DNA of 64,000 nt from Dipteris shenzhenensis (lineage: Eukaryota): NCBI GenBank assembly GCA_047967505.1, contig CM106538.1; one strand, written 5' to 3'. This document shows, piece after piece, positions 25,901-37,698 of the stretch. The notes below the pieces were generated by a model. The model was not told the origin of the DNA. It was given only the letters and a program-made list of their open reading frames with translations, and ran no database searches. Position 1 is the stretch's first letter. Each line of letters begins with the position of its first letter. The position numbers and the translations under genes were made by a program.

Positions 25901-28813
25901 AATGGAATGAAACTCTTATGCCGTTTGGGTTATGTATCGCATTTGAGTTTCACTGATTTTGAATTTTGTGAGCACTGTCTCTATGGGAAGCATACTAAAT
26001 CAGCCCATAAAAGAAGGGGAAAGAAAGAGTTTGAAAAGCTTGATTTGGTGCTTTCAGACGTATGTGGTCCCATGCCTACACGGTCATTAGGCGGGGCTGA
26101 ATACTATGTGACATTCATTGATGATGCAACTAGGAAAGTGTGGGCTTATGCTATAGCTCGGAAGAGTGATGTGTTCCAGGTATTTCAAAAATGGCTGGCC
26201 TTGGTTGAGAATCAGTCAAGTAGAATGCTTAAATGCCTACGGACTAACAATGGAGGAGAGTATCTCTCTCATGACTTTCAGCATTTCTGTGATACACGTG
26301 GGATTAAGAGGGAGCTCACATCCCCTCGTACTCCAGAGCAAAATCCAGTTGCAGAAAAGATGAACCGTACCATTCAAGAAAGGTTGCAATGCATGCTTTC
26401 CAATGCAAGTCTCTCTGGTGGTTTTTGGGCTGAGGCAATGAAGACTGCAGTACATGTGATCAATAGATCACTAGTAAGAGTTTGGATGGTGGTATTCCTG
26501 AAGAGGCATGGAGTGGCAAGAAGCCCTCTTACTCTCATTTGTGTATATTTGGGTGTGAGGCATATGCACATGTGCCAAAAGAGCTTCGAAAGAAGCTAGA
26601 TCCTAAGTCTAGGAAATGTATCTTTCTGGGTTATGGTGAAAGTGGAGAGATGGGCTATCGTCTCTGGGATCTAGAAGCAAAGAAGATGATACGCAGCCAT
26701 GATGTGGTCTTCAATGAGAAGAAGATGCATAAGGCACCCATGAGGGATGTGGAAATGAGGAGAATCACTTTCCAGGATGTGAATCCACCTACATATGTTG
26801 ATAGACAGCAAGCTGTCCATGCACCAAATGTGCAAGAAATGGTACCATCAAGTACTCCCACAGGTATACAATCAAGGGTAGATGATGGATCATCTATTGG
26901 TGGAAATGATGAGCCAAATGTGGTTGATATGCAGGTGGGACAGCAAGCTGAAATGCCCTTGAGAAGATCTTCTAGAGTGTCTAGACCGCCTGATAAGTTT
27001 GTTTCAAGGGTAGACTATGTGATGCTTACTGATTGCGGGGAGCCTTCTTGCTACAAAGAGGCTATGATGCGTGAGGATCAACGCAAGTGGGAGTATGCTA
27101 TGCAATCAAAGATGAGTTCACTTATGAAGGATAAGACTTGGGACTTGGTTTCTTTGCCACATGGAAAGAAAGCATTGCCATGTAAATGGGTCTACAAAAT
27201 GAAGGTCACAGGTGATGATGTGCCTAGGTACAAGGACCGTTTGGTTGTTAAGGGTTCAAGCAAGAGAAGGGTGTGGACTTTGATGAGATATTCTCTCCAG
27301 TTGTGAAGATGACCACACTTAGATGCATGCTTGGACTAGTGGCAGTAGAGGATATGGAGCTTATGCAGATGGATGTCAAGACATCTTTCTTGCATGGGGA
27401 TTTGCATGAGGAAATTTACATGGTGCAGCCAAAAGGCTTTGAAGAAGAGGGCAAAGAGCATTTAGTTTGCAAGCTGAATAAGAGTCTCTATGGTCTTAAG
27501 CAAGCGCCTAGAGAATGGTATCAGAAGTTTGATGCTTTCATTCGGTCCCAGGGTTTTAGAAGGAGTGAAATTGATCACTGCCTCTACACTAAAAGGGCTA
27601 AGGATAATAGCCTGATAATCTTGGCACTATATGTGGATGATATGCTATTGGCTAGCAAGAATACTTATGAGTTAGATGCATTAAAGGCCAAGTTGCATGA
27701 GGCCTTTGATATGAAGGATTTGGGACTTGCAGGTCATATTCTTGCTATGCGCATCACGCGTGATCGCAGTAGGAAACTCCTTTGGCTTTCACAAAAAGAG
27801 TATATTACAAAAGTATTGCAGCGTTTCAATATGGAGGGGGGGAAGGCAGTGAGTATTCCATTGCCTCCATATGTGAAACTGAGTCATACAGATAGTCCCA
27901 AATCAGAAGAGGAGAGGGCCATGATGGCCAAGGTTCCTTATGCATCAGCGGTTGGGAGTCTTATGTATGCTATGATAGCTACTAGACCAGACATTGCATT
28001 TGCAGTGGGAGTTGTTAGCCGGTATATGGCTAATCCAGGAAAGAGGCATTGGGAGGCAGTTAAGTGCATCATGAGGTACATGAAGGGTACCAAGGAGATG
28101 TGCATCTACTTTGGTAGAGGAGACTTGCGTGTATTTGGGTACACAGATTTAGACTATGCAGGGCATGTGGATAGTAGGAGATCCACTTCTGGTTACGTGT
28201 TCACCTTTGCAGGTGGTGCAGTGTCGTGGATGTCTCGCACACAGAAGTGCGTTGCTTTGTCTACCACAGAGGCTAAGTATGTTGCAGCCACAGAGGGTTG
28301 CAAGGAGGCTATATGGCTTGATCGACTAGTGGGAGATTTGGGGATTCATACAGGTGTACCGACATTGCATAGTGATTCCATGAGTGCTATTCAGCTAGCA
28401 AGGAATCAGGTCTTTCATGCAAAGACCAAACACATTGACGTCAGGTACCATTTCATCACGGAGGTACTTGAGGACAAGCGCATAGAGCTTGTCAAGTTTC
28501 ATACAAATGATAACCATGCAGATATGCTGATGAAGAGTCTACCTAGTCAGCGGTTTGAGTATTGTCGTGTATTGATGGGCATTGGATAGTATGCTCACTG
28601 GTTGTTCTCCCTTAAAGGCACATTGTCCTTTAAGTGGGAGGTTGTGGGGGTTAAAGGTCACTGTGCCTTTACCCCAGTTACATACAATACTCAAACACAT
28701 ATATAAATGAATGAAAAAGAAGATTAGGGTGGTTCTGCACCCACCAAAACTTGTGTGGCTCTCTATCTCTCTCTCTCCTTCTTCCATTCTTGCTTCCGTT
28801 GAGAGCACTCTCA
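22901..28813 (+). mobile_element. Structurally complete Ty1/copia element C (Tnt1/Tork-like): LTRs 22901-23071 and 28643-28813, PBS 23074-23085, PPT 28632-28641, TSD CCTCG
   Basis: Two 171-bp TG..CA LTRs differ at 6 positions by manual count. CCTCG flanks both ends (22896-22900, 28814-28818). PBS is TGGTATCAGAGC. Confidence 0.97.
24524..28589 (+). pseudogene. Gag-pol polyprotein of copia element C, disrupted by stops and frameshifts
   Basis: KFDGINFSLWK, zinc knuckle CYHCGKKGHMKKD, protease WILDFGASFH, GAG-pre LWHCRLGHMS, integrase, RT LYVDDML and RNase H QKCVALSTTEA / HAKTKHIDVRYHF, split over at least five ORFs. Confidence 0.93.
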
Positions 28814-29503
28814 CCTCGCCTAGTCCTTCACCGACATACCTCTTTGCATTAGGATGTGCACAGTCTTGTGTGGTAGCTACTTCAGGCTCATGGGTTCTCT
28901 GCCCTTGCTATGCATAAAATGAATGAAATGTATCTTTACTACTTTCTTGTTTGAGTCAAGGGTACTCTGCCCTAGGTTGTCCCCCAAAATGAATGCAAAT
29001 AAATCATGTGTGTTGAGTCAAAGGTTCTCTGCCTTGGATAGTCCTCCTAAAAAGATGTATTTTCCTATTTTGTTTTTGTGGGTGGCTCCATGTCTCTCAT
29101 TAGCCCCTGGAGCCAGAAGGGGATGTACTGTGGGAGCCATATATTAGCTTTGATAGGTTTAGAGGGGGATGTATTATGGGAGCCATGTATTGGCTTTGAT
29201 AGGTCTCGCTATCAGGCCTGCCCAAGTTCCACGATGTTGGTGTATTCCTAGACCTATGATTTGGTCATGTAGCCATGCTATAATGTGAACCTCTGAGTAT
29301 GTTGAGTCTCAAGCCATGAGAGTGCTTGGATCAACCTTTGAACACACTCAGGCTTTAGCCTCTAAGTTACATAGGGTGCACAGTTTGATGACTGTCATTG
29401 TCATGTTCTGTTCTTAGTTCCATTCCAATAGTCCCTCACCTTAGACCATCATTGTCATGTTCTGTTCTTAGTTCCATTCCAGTAGTCTCTCACCTTGCTG
29501 AGG

Positions 29504-29833
29504 TGTTGGAATATGAAGCCAAAGTGAGTCAAAAATGTGTGTTCTAATGTGTTCTAGTGTGAGTTCTAGTCTAGTGTGTCCTATGGATGCCACGTGTCAT
29601 ATTGGGAGTTATCCCATATGCATAGGTGTTCATATGTGTGTGTGTGCTCTATATAAGAGTTGTACTTGTCTAGTGTCAAATAAATCAAGTATCAAGTTAC
29701 AAGCTCTTTGGTCTACATGTGAGTACTCTCATTTTTGTTCATTGCTCTAGTCATTTCATTATGTCTCCTTTTGAGTATCACTTCCTCTCTCCCTAGCCTA
29801 CCCTATCTCTCTCCCTCTTTCCACCATGTTACT
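29504..29833 (+). mobile_element. Probable solo or orphan LTR fragment
   Basis: Begins TGTTGGAA and contains a TATATAA box, AATAAA and a pyrimidine-rich end. No partner LTR or clean TSD was found. Confidence 0.4.
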
Positions 29834-29869
29834 TCGGGGGACTCCCCTTGGATGTACAGGGTTTAGGGT

Positions 29870-30730
29870 TAAAAAGAGCAAAGATAAAAGGATAATTTTT
29901 CTAGTTTGGGGCCTTGCAGGGTCTAATATACCTCATATTTCTCAATAGCAGATGTGCCCAATCCTCCTCTAGATGAAGTGCTGCTTTGATAATCCAAGTA
30001 GCGAAAAGCTTTTTAGCAGTAGAAAAAATATCTATCACCCCTAGTCCCCCTTCTTCCTTGGGTTTGATATAGTAGTCCCATCTCACTTTGGAAATTTTGT
30101 TAATACCTCCTCGTAAAAAGGATCTGCATAATCTGATGAATCTGTCTAGATCTATTTTAAAAGGAGACCAACAAGAGAGATAAAAAATAACAATGGGGTA
30201 GAGGCAATGGTTAAGAACCATTTTTCTTCCAACTAGGTTGGCTTGAAAGCTTCTCAAATTATCTAGCTTCTTCTAAGATCTATCCATTACCCAGTCCTAC
30301 CTCTACTTCATTGTGACCTCAAAACCCATTGGAATCCCCAAAAGTCTAAAAGTTGTCCCTTTTTTGATTTTAAGGCATCCTAACTATTGGAGAACACCCT
30401 ATTCCTTGCCACTGAGAGTGTCATACTCTATTTTGGAGAACACCCTGTTCCTTGCCATAGAGAGTGTCATACTCTGTTGGAGAACACCCTGTTCCGTGCC
30501 ACTGAGAGTGTCATACTCTGTTTTGGAGTGATTGATAGAAGATCTCGAGGCTTGACCAAAAACTTCAAGACAATCCATTACACATCTAACATCCTAATCA
30601 GTGTTTCTAGGAGTCAAAGTGGTGTCATTAGCAAACTGTTGGTATACCAATTGTTTACCATTAATCAGCTCTATGCCTTTCAGATTTCCCTCTTGTATTT
30701 GAATTCTAAGAAGCCAACCTAGAGAGTCTG
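29870..30730 (-). mobile_element. L1-type LINE ORF2 fragment (RT C-terminal part), interrupted by a tandem repeat
   Basis: QFANDTTLTPRN near 30630, FLGIPMGF-like stretch, and NLVGRKMVLNHCL..RSFLRGG..KPKEEGGLGV. Homologous to the LINE at 63000-63530. Confidence 0.85.
30387..30528. repeat. Three tandem copies of a 44-46 bp unit (TTGGAGAACACCCTRTTCCTTGCCACTGAGAGTGTCATACTCTRTT)
   Basis: Direct reading; copies are head-to-tail with no spacers. Confidence 0.9.
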
Positions 30731-30855
30731 CCATCCATTCCACCTCCTTGTTAATTGTCTCACTTCATTCCCTCACATTCGAGGTTCATGGATGGATGTC
30801 ATAATTGCTAAAGTAGTAGAGAAGCAAAGGAGAGAGGCATTTTAAACACGCAATC

Positions 30856-30932
30856 ATGCACTCACACACTCACGCACACACACACACGCACGCATGCACA
30901 CATGCACGCATGCACACACACACACACACACA
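30856..30932. repeat. Imperfect (CA)n microsatellite
   Basis: Direct reading of the sequence. Confidence 0.85.
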
Positions 30933-31379
30933 TGAGGACTTTATTGAAAATTACCCAAAATTACCCCTACTTTCAAAGCCAAATTACACTGTGTTTGAAC
31001 CCAAATTACACCTCCAGGGCCAAATTACACCTTGTTTGAACCCAACTTATACCTTGTTTTTTGAACCAAAATTTAACATGTGCAAAGTTCTACTATAAAA
31101 TATATTTTTTGGGCCATTCAACATTTTTTTGAGCTCCATTAGATGTCTTTCACATGGCACTAATTTTCATCCATTTCTTGCACATTTTTTACCATTTTTT
31201 GGCCTATGAAGCTCAAAAATCAAAATTAGACTTCACAAACATATGCACCTGCTTAAAGGCCACAACTAAGCATTGTTTATGCACCTAACATTAGGAAGAA
31301 GACCATAACTCACCCATTTTTTATAACCTTCTTGTATCCTCAATGCTCTCTAACAATTTAACCTCTCTCCCTCCATGAG

Positions 31380-32090
31380 CAACATGGTAGAGCAAGGATA
31401 TGATGAAAGAGAACTACATGAACATGCCAACGATTTCTCCAATCAATCATCCAAAAACTCTCCAAAAATGCCAACCATAATAAGAGAAGACACTTTGGAA
31501 AACTAGAAATTCCAAAGTATAATGGATGAGAAGGTCCTCAAAAGCTTCTTCCATCTCTTTGGTGCAATGCATCATGCCAGTCGCATGATAAGAAAATCAA
31601 CTTGGTTTTCCATGGCCTTGATCAATGAGGCCTCTAAATGGTATCTAGAGCTTCTTATGGAGGAAAGAGCCACATGGGATCTTCTCTCTAATCGATTCAA
31701 AATGGTATTCCGATCCAAAAGAATACAAGATGGCCCTACCCTCCAACTCGTGAATAGCAATGAGGGAAAAAAAGAGAAAGTCAAACATACTTAGAAAGAA
31801 TGAAGAGGTTAATAGGCAAACTTTAATTATTCAATTGCACGGTCCATTTCTAACTCAAAATTCCCATTTGAAAAGAATGAGAAAAGTAAGTAGCTATGAG
31901 CATTATAGCAATGCTCATGAAGCCACAATTGACATAAAGGATGGCATGACTGACTCAAACATTGAGAGTGATGACCATAAATCAAGTCATCATGACAATA
32001 AGTCTTCTAAGAAGGGAATTAATTCCACGAAGGATCGTGTCACTAAGCATCAAGTAGAAGCCATGGCCTCAAGTGTGAATGCTACCAATT
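31380..32090 (+). mobile_element. Highly decayed gypsy-type gag fragment
   Basis: ALINEASKWYLEL..RATWDLLSNRFKMVF resembles the Retrotrans_gag signature. Confidence 0.55.
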
Positions 32091-32660
32091 AATTATCAGC
32101 CTCCCACTAAACCCATTCAAGGTATGACACCTTATGAGGCATTCACTGGATGCAAGCCATACATTGGGCACCCTTGCATTTTTAGATGCATAGCATATGC
32201 TCACATACATGATCATTGTAGAAATTTGGATGTAAATTCATGCAAATGTATCATGGTTGGCTACCTTAAAGAGAGCAAAGCACACATATTGTGTGATCCA
32301 AGCAACTTAAGGGACATTATCTCCATACAAGAAGAGAATAGCCCTTATTGTCTGTAGATCCCCCAAAATAGCAACAACTCAAACGGTCTACAAAAGAACA
32401 AGGACCACCGTCCAAGTTGGCAATTCTTTGTGCAAAAAGATCACTTTGAATTGATGTGACTTGCCACCAGGAAAGAAGGCAATTGCAAACAAGTAGGTTT
32501 ACAAAATAAAGTATCATCTAGATGGCATTATTGAGAGATACAAAGCTAGACTTTGTTGCAAAAACTATTGCCTAGTATATAGAGATGATTATGATGAGAC
32601 TTATGCACGAATAGCCAGGATGGACTCCATCAAATTTTTGGTATCTCTAGCCACACATAA
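32090..32660 (+). mobile_element. Internally deleted copia integrase-RT fragment related to element B
   Basis: GMTPYEAFTGCKPYIGHPCIFRCIAYAHIHDH..CKCIMVGY, followed by RYKARL and ARMDSIKFL-like stretches. Confidence 0.8.
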
Positions 32661-33084
32661 CAAACAACTTGGGAATGAACTTTCCGAGAAACATGACAAG
32701 CTCTTGGTTTGTTGACTTAGATAAGGACATTGCCTTTATGGTGGTGTGATGGAGTGTAATGTTCCCTCCTTCTTTATGTCCCTAAAATCATCATCTTGAG
32801 ATTTCATAATATCTTCCCACTTTTGGTTGATGAATAGGACCTCCCTCAAAGCTTTTATCAAGGTCTCTCTTTTTTTTAAAGCCTTTGGAAAAACACTTTT
32901 TTAAATAGGAGTCATTATGTAGAAACATAAAAAATTGAATCTAAAGATCTATATGTACTGTAGAATTCTCAACACAAATTCTATGTGCTAAGTACTACTT
33001 ATTACAAACTTTCTCTGACCCTCACAAGATGGCTACAAGGATTAGACTCCACACTTTCATCACCAAGATTTATAGATATCCCTA

Positions 33085-33830
33085 GCCCTCGATTGGGTTG
33101 ATGCAAATCATATTGCAAAGGAGTGTTTAGGAGGGCTTTTTCCGGCAGGAGGGGACTTCTACAAGTTTGCAGTAAGCCTAGGAGCGATCAAGCCTTGGGT
33201 CACCCAGAAAGAGCAGGAAAGGCTCGGATGGGGGTAGGGGGGGAGGATGAGAATCGACGGTTGGCATCTGGTTCAGTTCGAAGAAGAAGGGTTGGGATGT
33301 TTATGTGTTCTGCATGTCAATATTGAAATCCACGTGTCCCTTGAGATGGGCAAGAAAATAAGGCTACAGGATTTGGGTCTTGTTCTAGATCTATCTCAAG
33401 TGTATACTCCCGGAATTCCGATGTATTTCGTGCCACTCCCTTGGCTTTCCCGAAACCTATCTGATTTTCTTTCTCATGAGCGGGGGGAGCGAGCCAACTC
33501 CCTCAGGTGACATTCGTTCAAGACGTCATTTCGGCAAACCAAACCTAGTTGTTAAAACAAAACCTACGAATGGGTGGGGGTGAGGCCTACGAGCCAGCTC
33601 TCATTTCCGTACGTGACAGTTTCCCGTCCGGCCCTCAATCCTTTGATTTTCAATAATCTGCTGTTGATTCCTGATGTGTTCTCTATGCCTTGTAGTTTCG
33701 ATTAACCAAGCATCAAGAGAACGAGGCAAAATCGTTTGTCCTGATGGCTCGCTTTGTCCTTTAGTCTTGATGGTAGAATCAACCTTATCGCCCTCAATAC
33801 AAGGCTCTACCATCTGCACCAAAGTCTAGA
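33085..33830 (-). other. Probable organelle-derived (mitochondrial-like) insert with group II intron domain V/VI (33634-33574) and a downstream exon remnant
   Basis: Minus strand GGGCCGGACGGGAAACTGTCACGTACGG matches the domain V pattern GAGCCGtatGA.GGGAAACT.TCACGTACGGTT. It is followed by a short DVI ending CTCACCCCCAC. CpG is better retained than in the flanks. Boundaries are approximate. Confidence 0.6.
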
Positions 33831-33909
33831 GATTTATGCCATAGTGCATTATTTATGGATTCATTTTTCACCACCAATTAAGATTAGCAAATAATTTCTC
33901 AGCATGAGG

Positions 33910-34284
33910 TAAGTTGACTATTACTTCAGTCTTGCCACAATGGAGATGACATCATCAATTTCTTCCATAGAGAAAATTTGGGAATGATAGTGTGCTTACA
34001 TGCATTCGTGATTGTTGGCATACTTTATACTTGATGTAGCCTTGTGGTGTCATCCAAGACCATTAGTTTATCCAAACATTAGAGACAAAGACTCTCTCTG
34101 AGTTAAGTTGAGTATTACTTCAATCCTACCACGATGGAGATGACATCATCAATTTCTTCCATAGAGAAAATTTGGGAATGATAGTGTGCTAACATGCATT
34201 CGTGATTGTTTGGCATACTGTATACTTGATGTAGCCTTGTGCTGTCATCCAAGACCATTAGTTTATCCAAACGTTAGAGACAGA

Positions 34285-34316
<32 letters not shown>
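33910..34316. repeat. Tandem duplication of a ~190-bp unit ending in a (CT)n tract
   Basis: ATGGAGATGACATCATCAATTTCTTCCATAGAGAAAATTTGGG...CCAAGACCATTAGTTTATCCAAAC occurs twice (33910-34099, 34102-34295). Confidence 0.9.
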
Positions 34317-34318
<2 letters not shown>

Positions 34319-34811
34319 CCCCGTTCCTCGCTGACATACCGCATGCCAGGTGCCCGCCATAACTCCTGCTTTGCACCACTGCCATTGGTCTAGCTTGTGT
34401 GATCTCAGCTCTCTACTTCTACCTCTGTCGCTCGCTAGCTCACCTCTTCTTGGGATTTGCAGCAACCGTCGTAGGTCCCCCTTTCCCATCATCATGATCT
34501 AATAACTCCCCCTTTTATCTTGATCTTGATCATTTTTGGCTAGCGGCTTGCAAGCTCAGAACCTCCCAAAGCTCCAAAAGTTCCCCGTACCTCTACCCCA
34601 ACCTGCAGAATTGCTCTCTAAACCACGTCTTCCTTTAGCAAAAGTATAGAAGATATAGATATAGAAATAGAAGTGTAGAAGTACCATACGTAATCCTGTA
34701 TTCTATGATGTTATCCAATACTTGGATCCCTCTATTGATAATCATTATGTATTTTTTAATTATCTAACATTATTCAACAAAATTTATTCTACTTCTACAT
34801 ATCTTATGAAG

Positions 34812-35912
34812 TGTTGTCACTCGCCTTGCCTTTTTGAAACCCCTATTTGTCACAACATTTTGGAGCATTCTTTCTAGTTGCCCTAAGTAGCTTCACATCT
34901 GTTAACATCCACAGAGTAGAGCAACCCAATGCAAGGTAATTAGTGATTAAAGGTGACCAGGCCACATGATCTACTTCAATGAACAAGCTCAGGGAGTTTG
35001 ACCCCCAAATACCCCAAGGCTAGTGATTACAAGCAATGTGCACACGGAAGGAGTATAGCTCAAACTCAGGGAGTTTAATCCCCAGATACCCAAAGTCCAC
35101 TCCAAAGTCCAAGGATTCAAGGATTCCAGGCACAGGTTGTATGTTCCAGCTAGCACCAAGACCAAGGAGTGCAAGGAACGTGCACATTTCAGGTCTACGT
35201 CCACAGAAATAGCCATGCCAATGAAAACAGCCATGAAAGGAGTACAGCTCAAACTTAGGGAGTTTGATCCCCAAATATTCGGAAGCAAAGGATTCCAAGC
35301 AATGTGCAGGGTTGTCATGGGGTGTCTCACGGAAGTTAAGCCTTGCCACTCTAGGTTTTGAGCCACACTCATAGGGTTCAAGCCCTAAATGGTTTAAGGT
35401 GTGAGGGCACTCAGGGAGTTTGAGCCCCAAATCACTTAAGCCTAGGAGGCGCAAGGCTAACACAAGTGCTATTTGGGAACTAGTTAGGACCACCTCCTAA
35501 TTCCAGGTTTGTCCCAAGCACTCTAATATGGTTAACACGACTGCTATTTCCGCTAGTAGGGAGAGATGGAAAGAATAGCGATATGCCTTGGCACCCTATG
35601 GGCCCAAGAGCCCTTGGTTGTAAAGAGAGGGGGAGTGCTAAGAAGGAAAAGGGTTGGCCCTCCTTTCAAAAGGTGACTTGTATAAAAGGCCAAATGGTTG
35701 ACTTGTCTTCATTGTTGTTTGCACAAGTTGAATACAAGCTCCCTCTTCTCTTCCAAGAGAGTGTTTTGGGTGTTCTCTTGTTTCCTTCATAGTATCCTTG
35801 TGGTTGCCACTCTATCCCCCTTCACTCCCTTATCCCCTTTCCCTCTTCCTCTCTCCTTCTCCCTCCCTTCTCCCTCTCCACTCCCCTCTTCCCCTTTCCT
35901 CCCTCCCTCCCT

Positions 35913-35968
<56 letters not shown>

Positions 35969-36140
35969 TGGAACCACATTGCAATAATCCAGAGGCCGCT
36001 TGCGTGACACTTGCGGACGACTCGTGCTATGCATTGCTCCCACAAGGAGTAGCTAGGAGTGGAGACTCCATCGGCATATCTTCAACATCCCCATGACACG
36101 TGAGTCACCACCAAGACCCACTATAACATTTGGCACCCTC
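34812..36140 (+). mobile_element. Gypsy (Athila-like) LTR remnant ending at 36128 with decayed PBS; internal CTCAGGGAGTTTGA repeats
   Basis: The 3' part is homologous to 51670-52171 (TTTGCACAAGTT.GAATACAAGCTC, CACATTGCAATAATC, CATCCCCATGA). It ends ..AACA followed by TTTGGCACCC. The left end is uncertain. Confidence 0.6.
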
Positions 36141-37502
36141 TTCATATTAGATTCATAATTCACATTGACTTCTTACATGTTTAGCTTTTGTTCATCTAAT
36201 TATAGCACACAATCATTGACTAATCTAGGAGAACTTATTTTGTTTGGTGCAATTCCACCTTCTCTTCAGCATATCATTTGGGCTTTGTTCCCAAAGGTGA
36301 AGGATCATTTACAACTAAAGAGGGAGAGATTAGAGTGAACGTATCTACTTTTTGTATAATCTTCTAGTACATAGTCATTGTGGTGACACATTCACAAAGT
36401 CTTCTAGTACATAATCATTGTATAGCCTTCTAGTACATAGTCATCATGGTAACACATTCACATACTCCTATGATATTTTCAAAATTTCATTTTTTAATCT
36501 TGGTTGCTATTATATATCATTTAGAAAGGACATAGGGACAAACTCTAACCTAAGGGGTGAAGATGTAGAGATTTCATTTTTTGTAATACAACATAGTGTA
36601 TAGTTAGTAAACTTGTGCACTCCACTCCCTCCCCCCCTGATCCTCCAAGAAAGGGCTAGAAGAGATGAGTTGTTTGGGCTAGAGATTGAGGAAACGAGGA
36701 GGAGAAGTGCAAGTTTGAGGAAAGCCATAGAAAGAGAGTACAAGTACAAAAAATGTGAGTTGAACACAATGATATATTTTCAACCATAGGTTAGAATATC
36801 AAGATCATTGACTTGTCTATAAAAGTAGAGATCACCTTTCTTCCATCTCTAATATCAAAATAAACTTGATGTTTAAATGCAATGCCTTGATGTTCCATTG
36901 GTCCTCCATCGAACGACATTGCAGATGGAGTTAGATTACAAACATTTCACCTTTTTTTTTGCAAAGCCCATAGTGAGAAAAGTTCTCTCACTTTTTGTTA
37001 GGGCTTCGTATTAGAAATCTTACATTTGATAAGGATTTGCATCTTCCTAAAAGACGAGGCAATTCCTCTTCTTTATATTTGGGCTACGTTAATACACTCG
37101 CAACATTCTCAACAATTCTAGGTGGGTTAAACTTTCCTTTTGATGCTATTGTTGCTCTCTCTTTGGTAGGCATGTCAATCTCATCCACTTGTTGGATGGA
37201 AATTATTGCTTCCATAGCCACCATTAATTAACCTTTAAATTTACTACATTTTTTCAATAGGCCTCTCGCCTTTGCTCGATCTGCCTATGGATGCCATGGA
37301 TGGGCATCCCCCAATCGCTTGCTTTTCCACCCCAAGTAAATGGACTCCTTGACAAAAGAGATTTTAGTATTAGAAATTTCTACCCATTTTTTTTTGTTTG
37401 AAGTGCACCAGTTTTGGCATCTCCAATCTAGTGAAGCTGATAATTTTTGAAAGTTCGCAGAGCGCGAAATCCCCAACCTCTCAGCCCATCACCAGCCAGC
37501 CT

Positions 37503-37649
37503 ATGGATCACACACACCAGCAGCATATGGATCTCTCACAGCGCACACCAGCTTCCAGCAGCCGGATCCTGTCTTCCCACCGCCAACGCTTCGAACTCTT
37601 TCTCGATGATGTTTTTAATGCGGTGCGATCTGGGTTTCGATATGTGTGC

Positions 37650-37698
<49 letters not shown>

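Noticed and set aside
30387-30528. CRISPR-like array
   Set aside because: Units are contiguous with no unique spacers, there are no cas genes, and the context is eukaryotic.
33085-33830. Plastid origin for the group II intron fragment
   Set aside because: The sequence after the intron end matches none of the plastid 3' exons I recall (rpl16, rps16, petB/D, ndhA/B, atpF, rpoC1, clpP, ycf3, tRNAs). It is not fully excluded without a search.
35698-36096. RERERE / SLSLSL ORFs (also near 14681, 34274, 37398 and 51824)
   Set aside because: These are translations of CT/GA microsatellites and low-complexity tracts.
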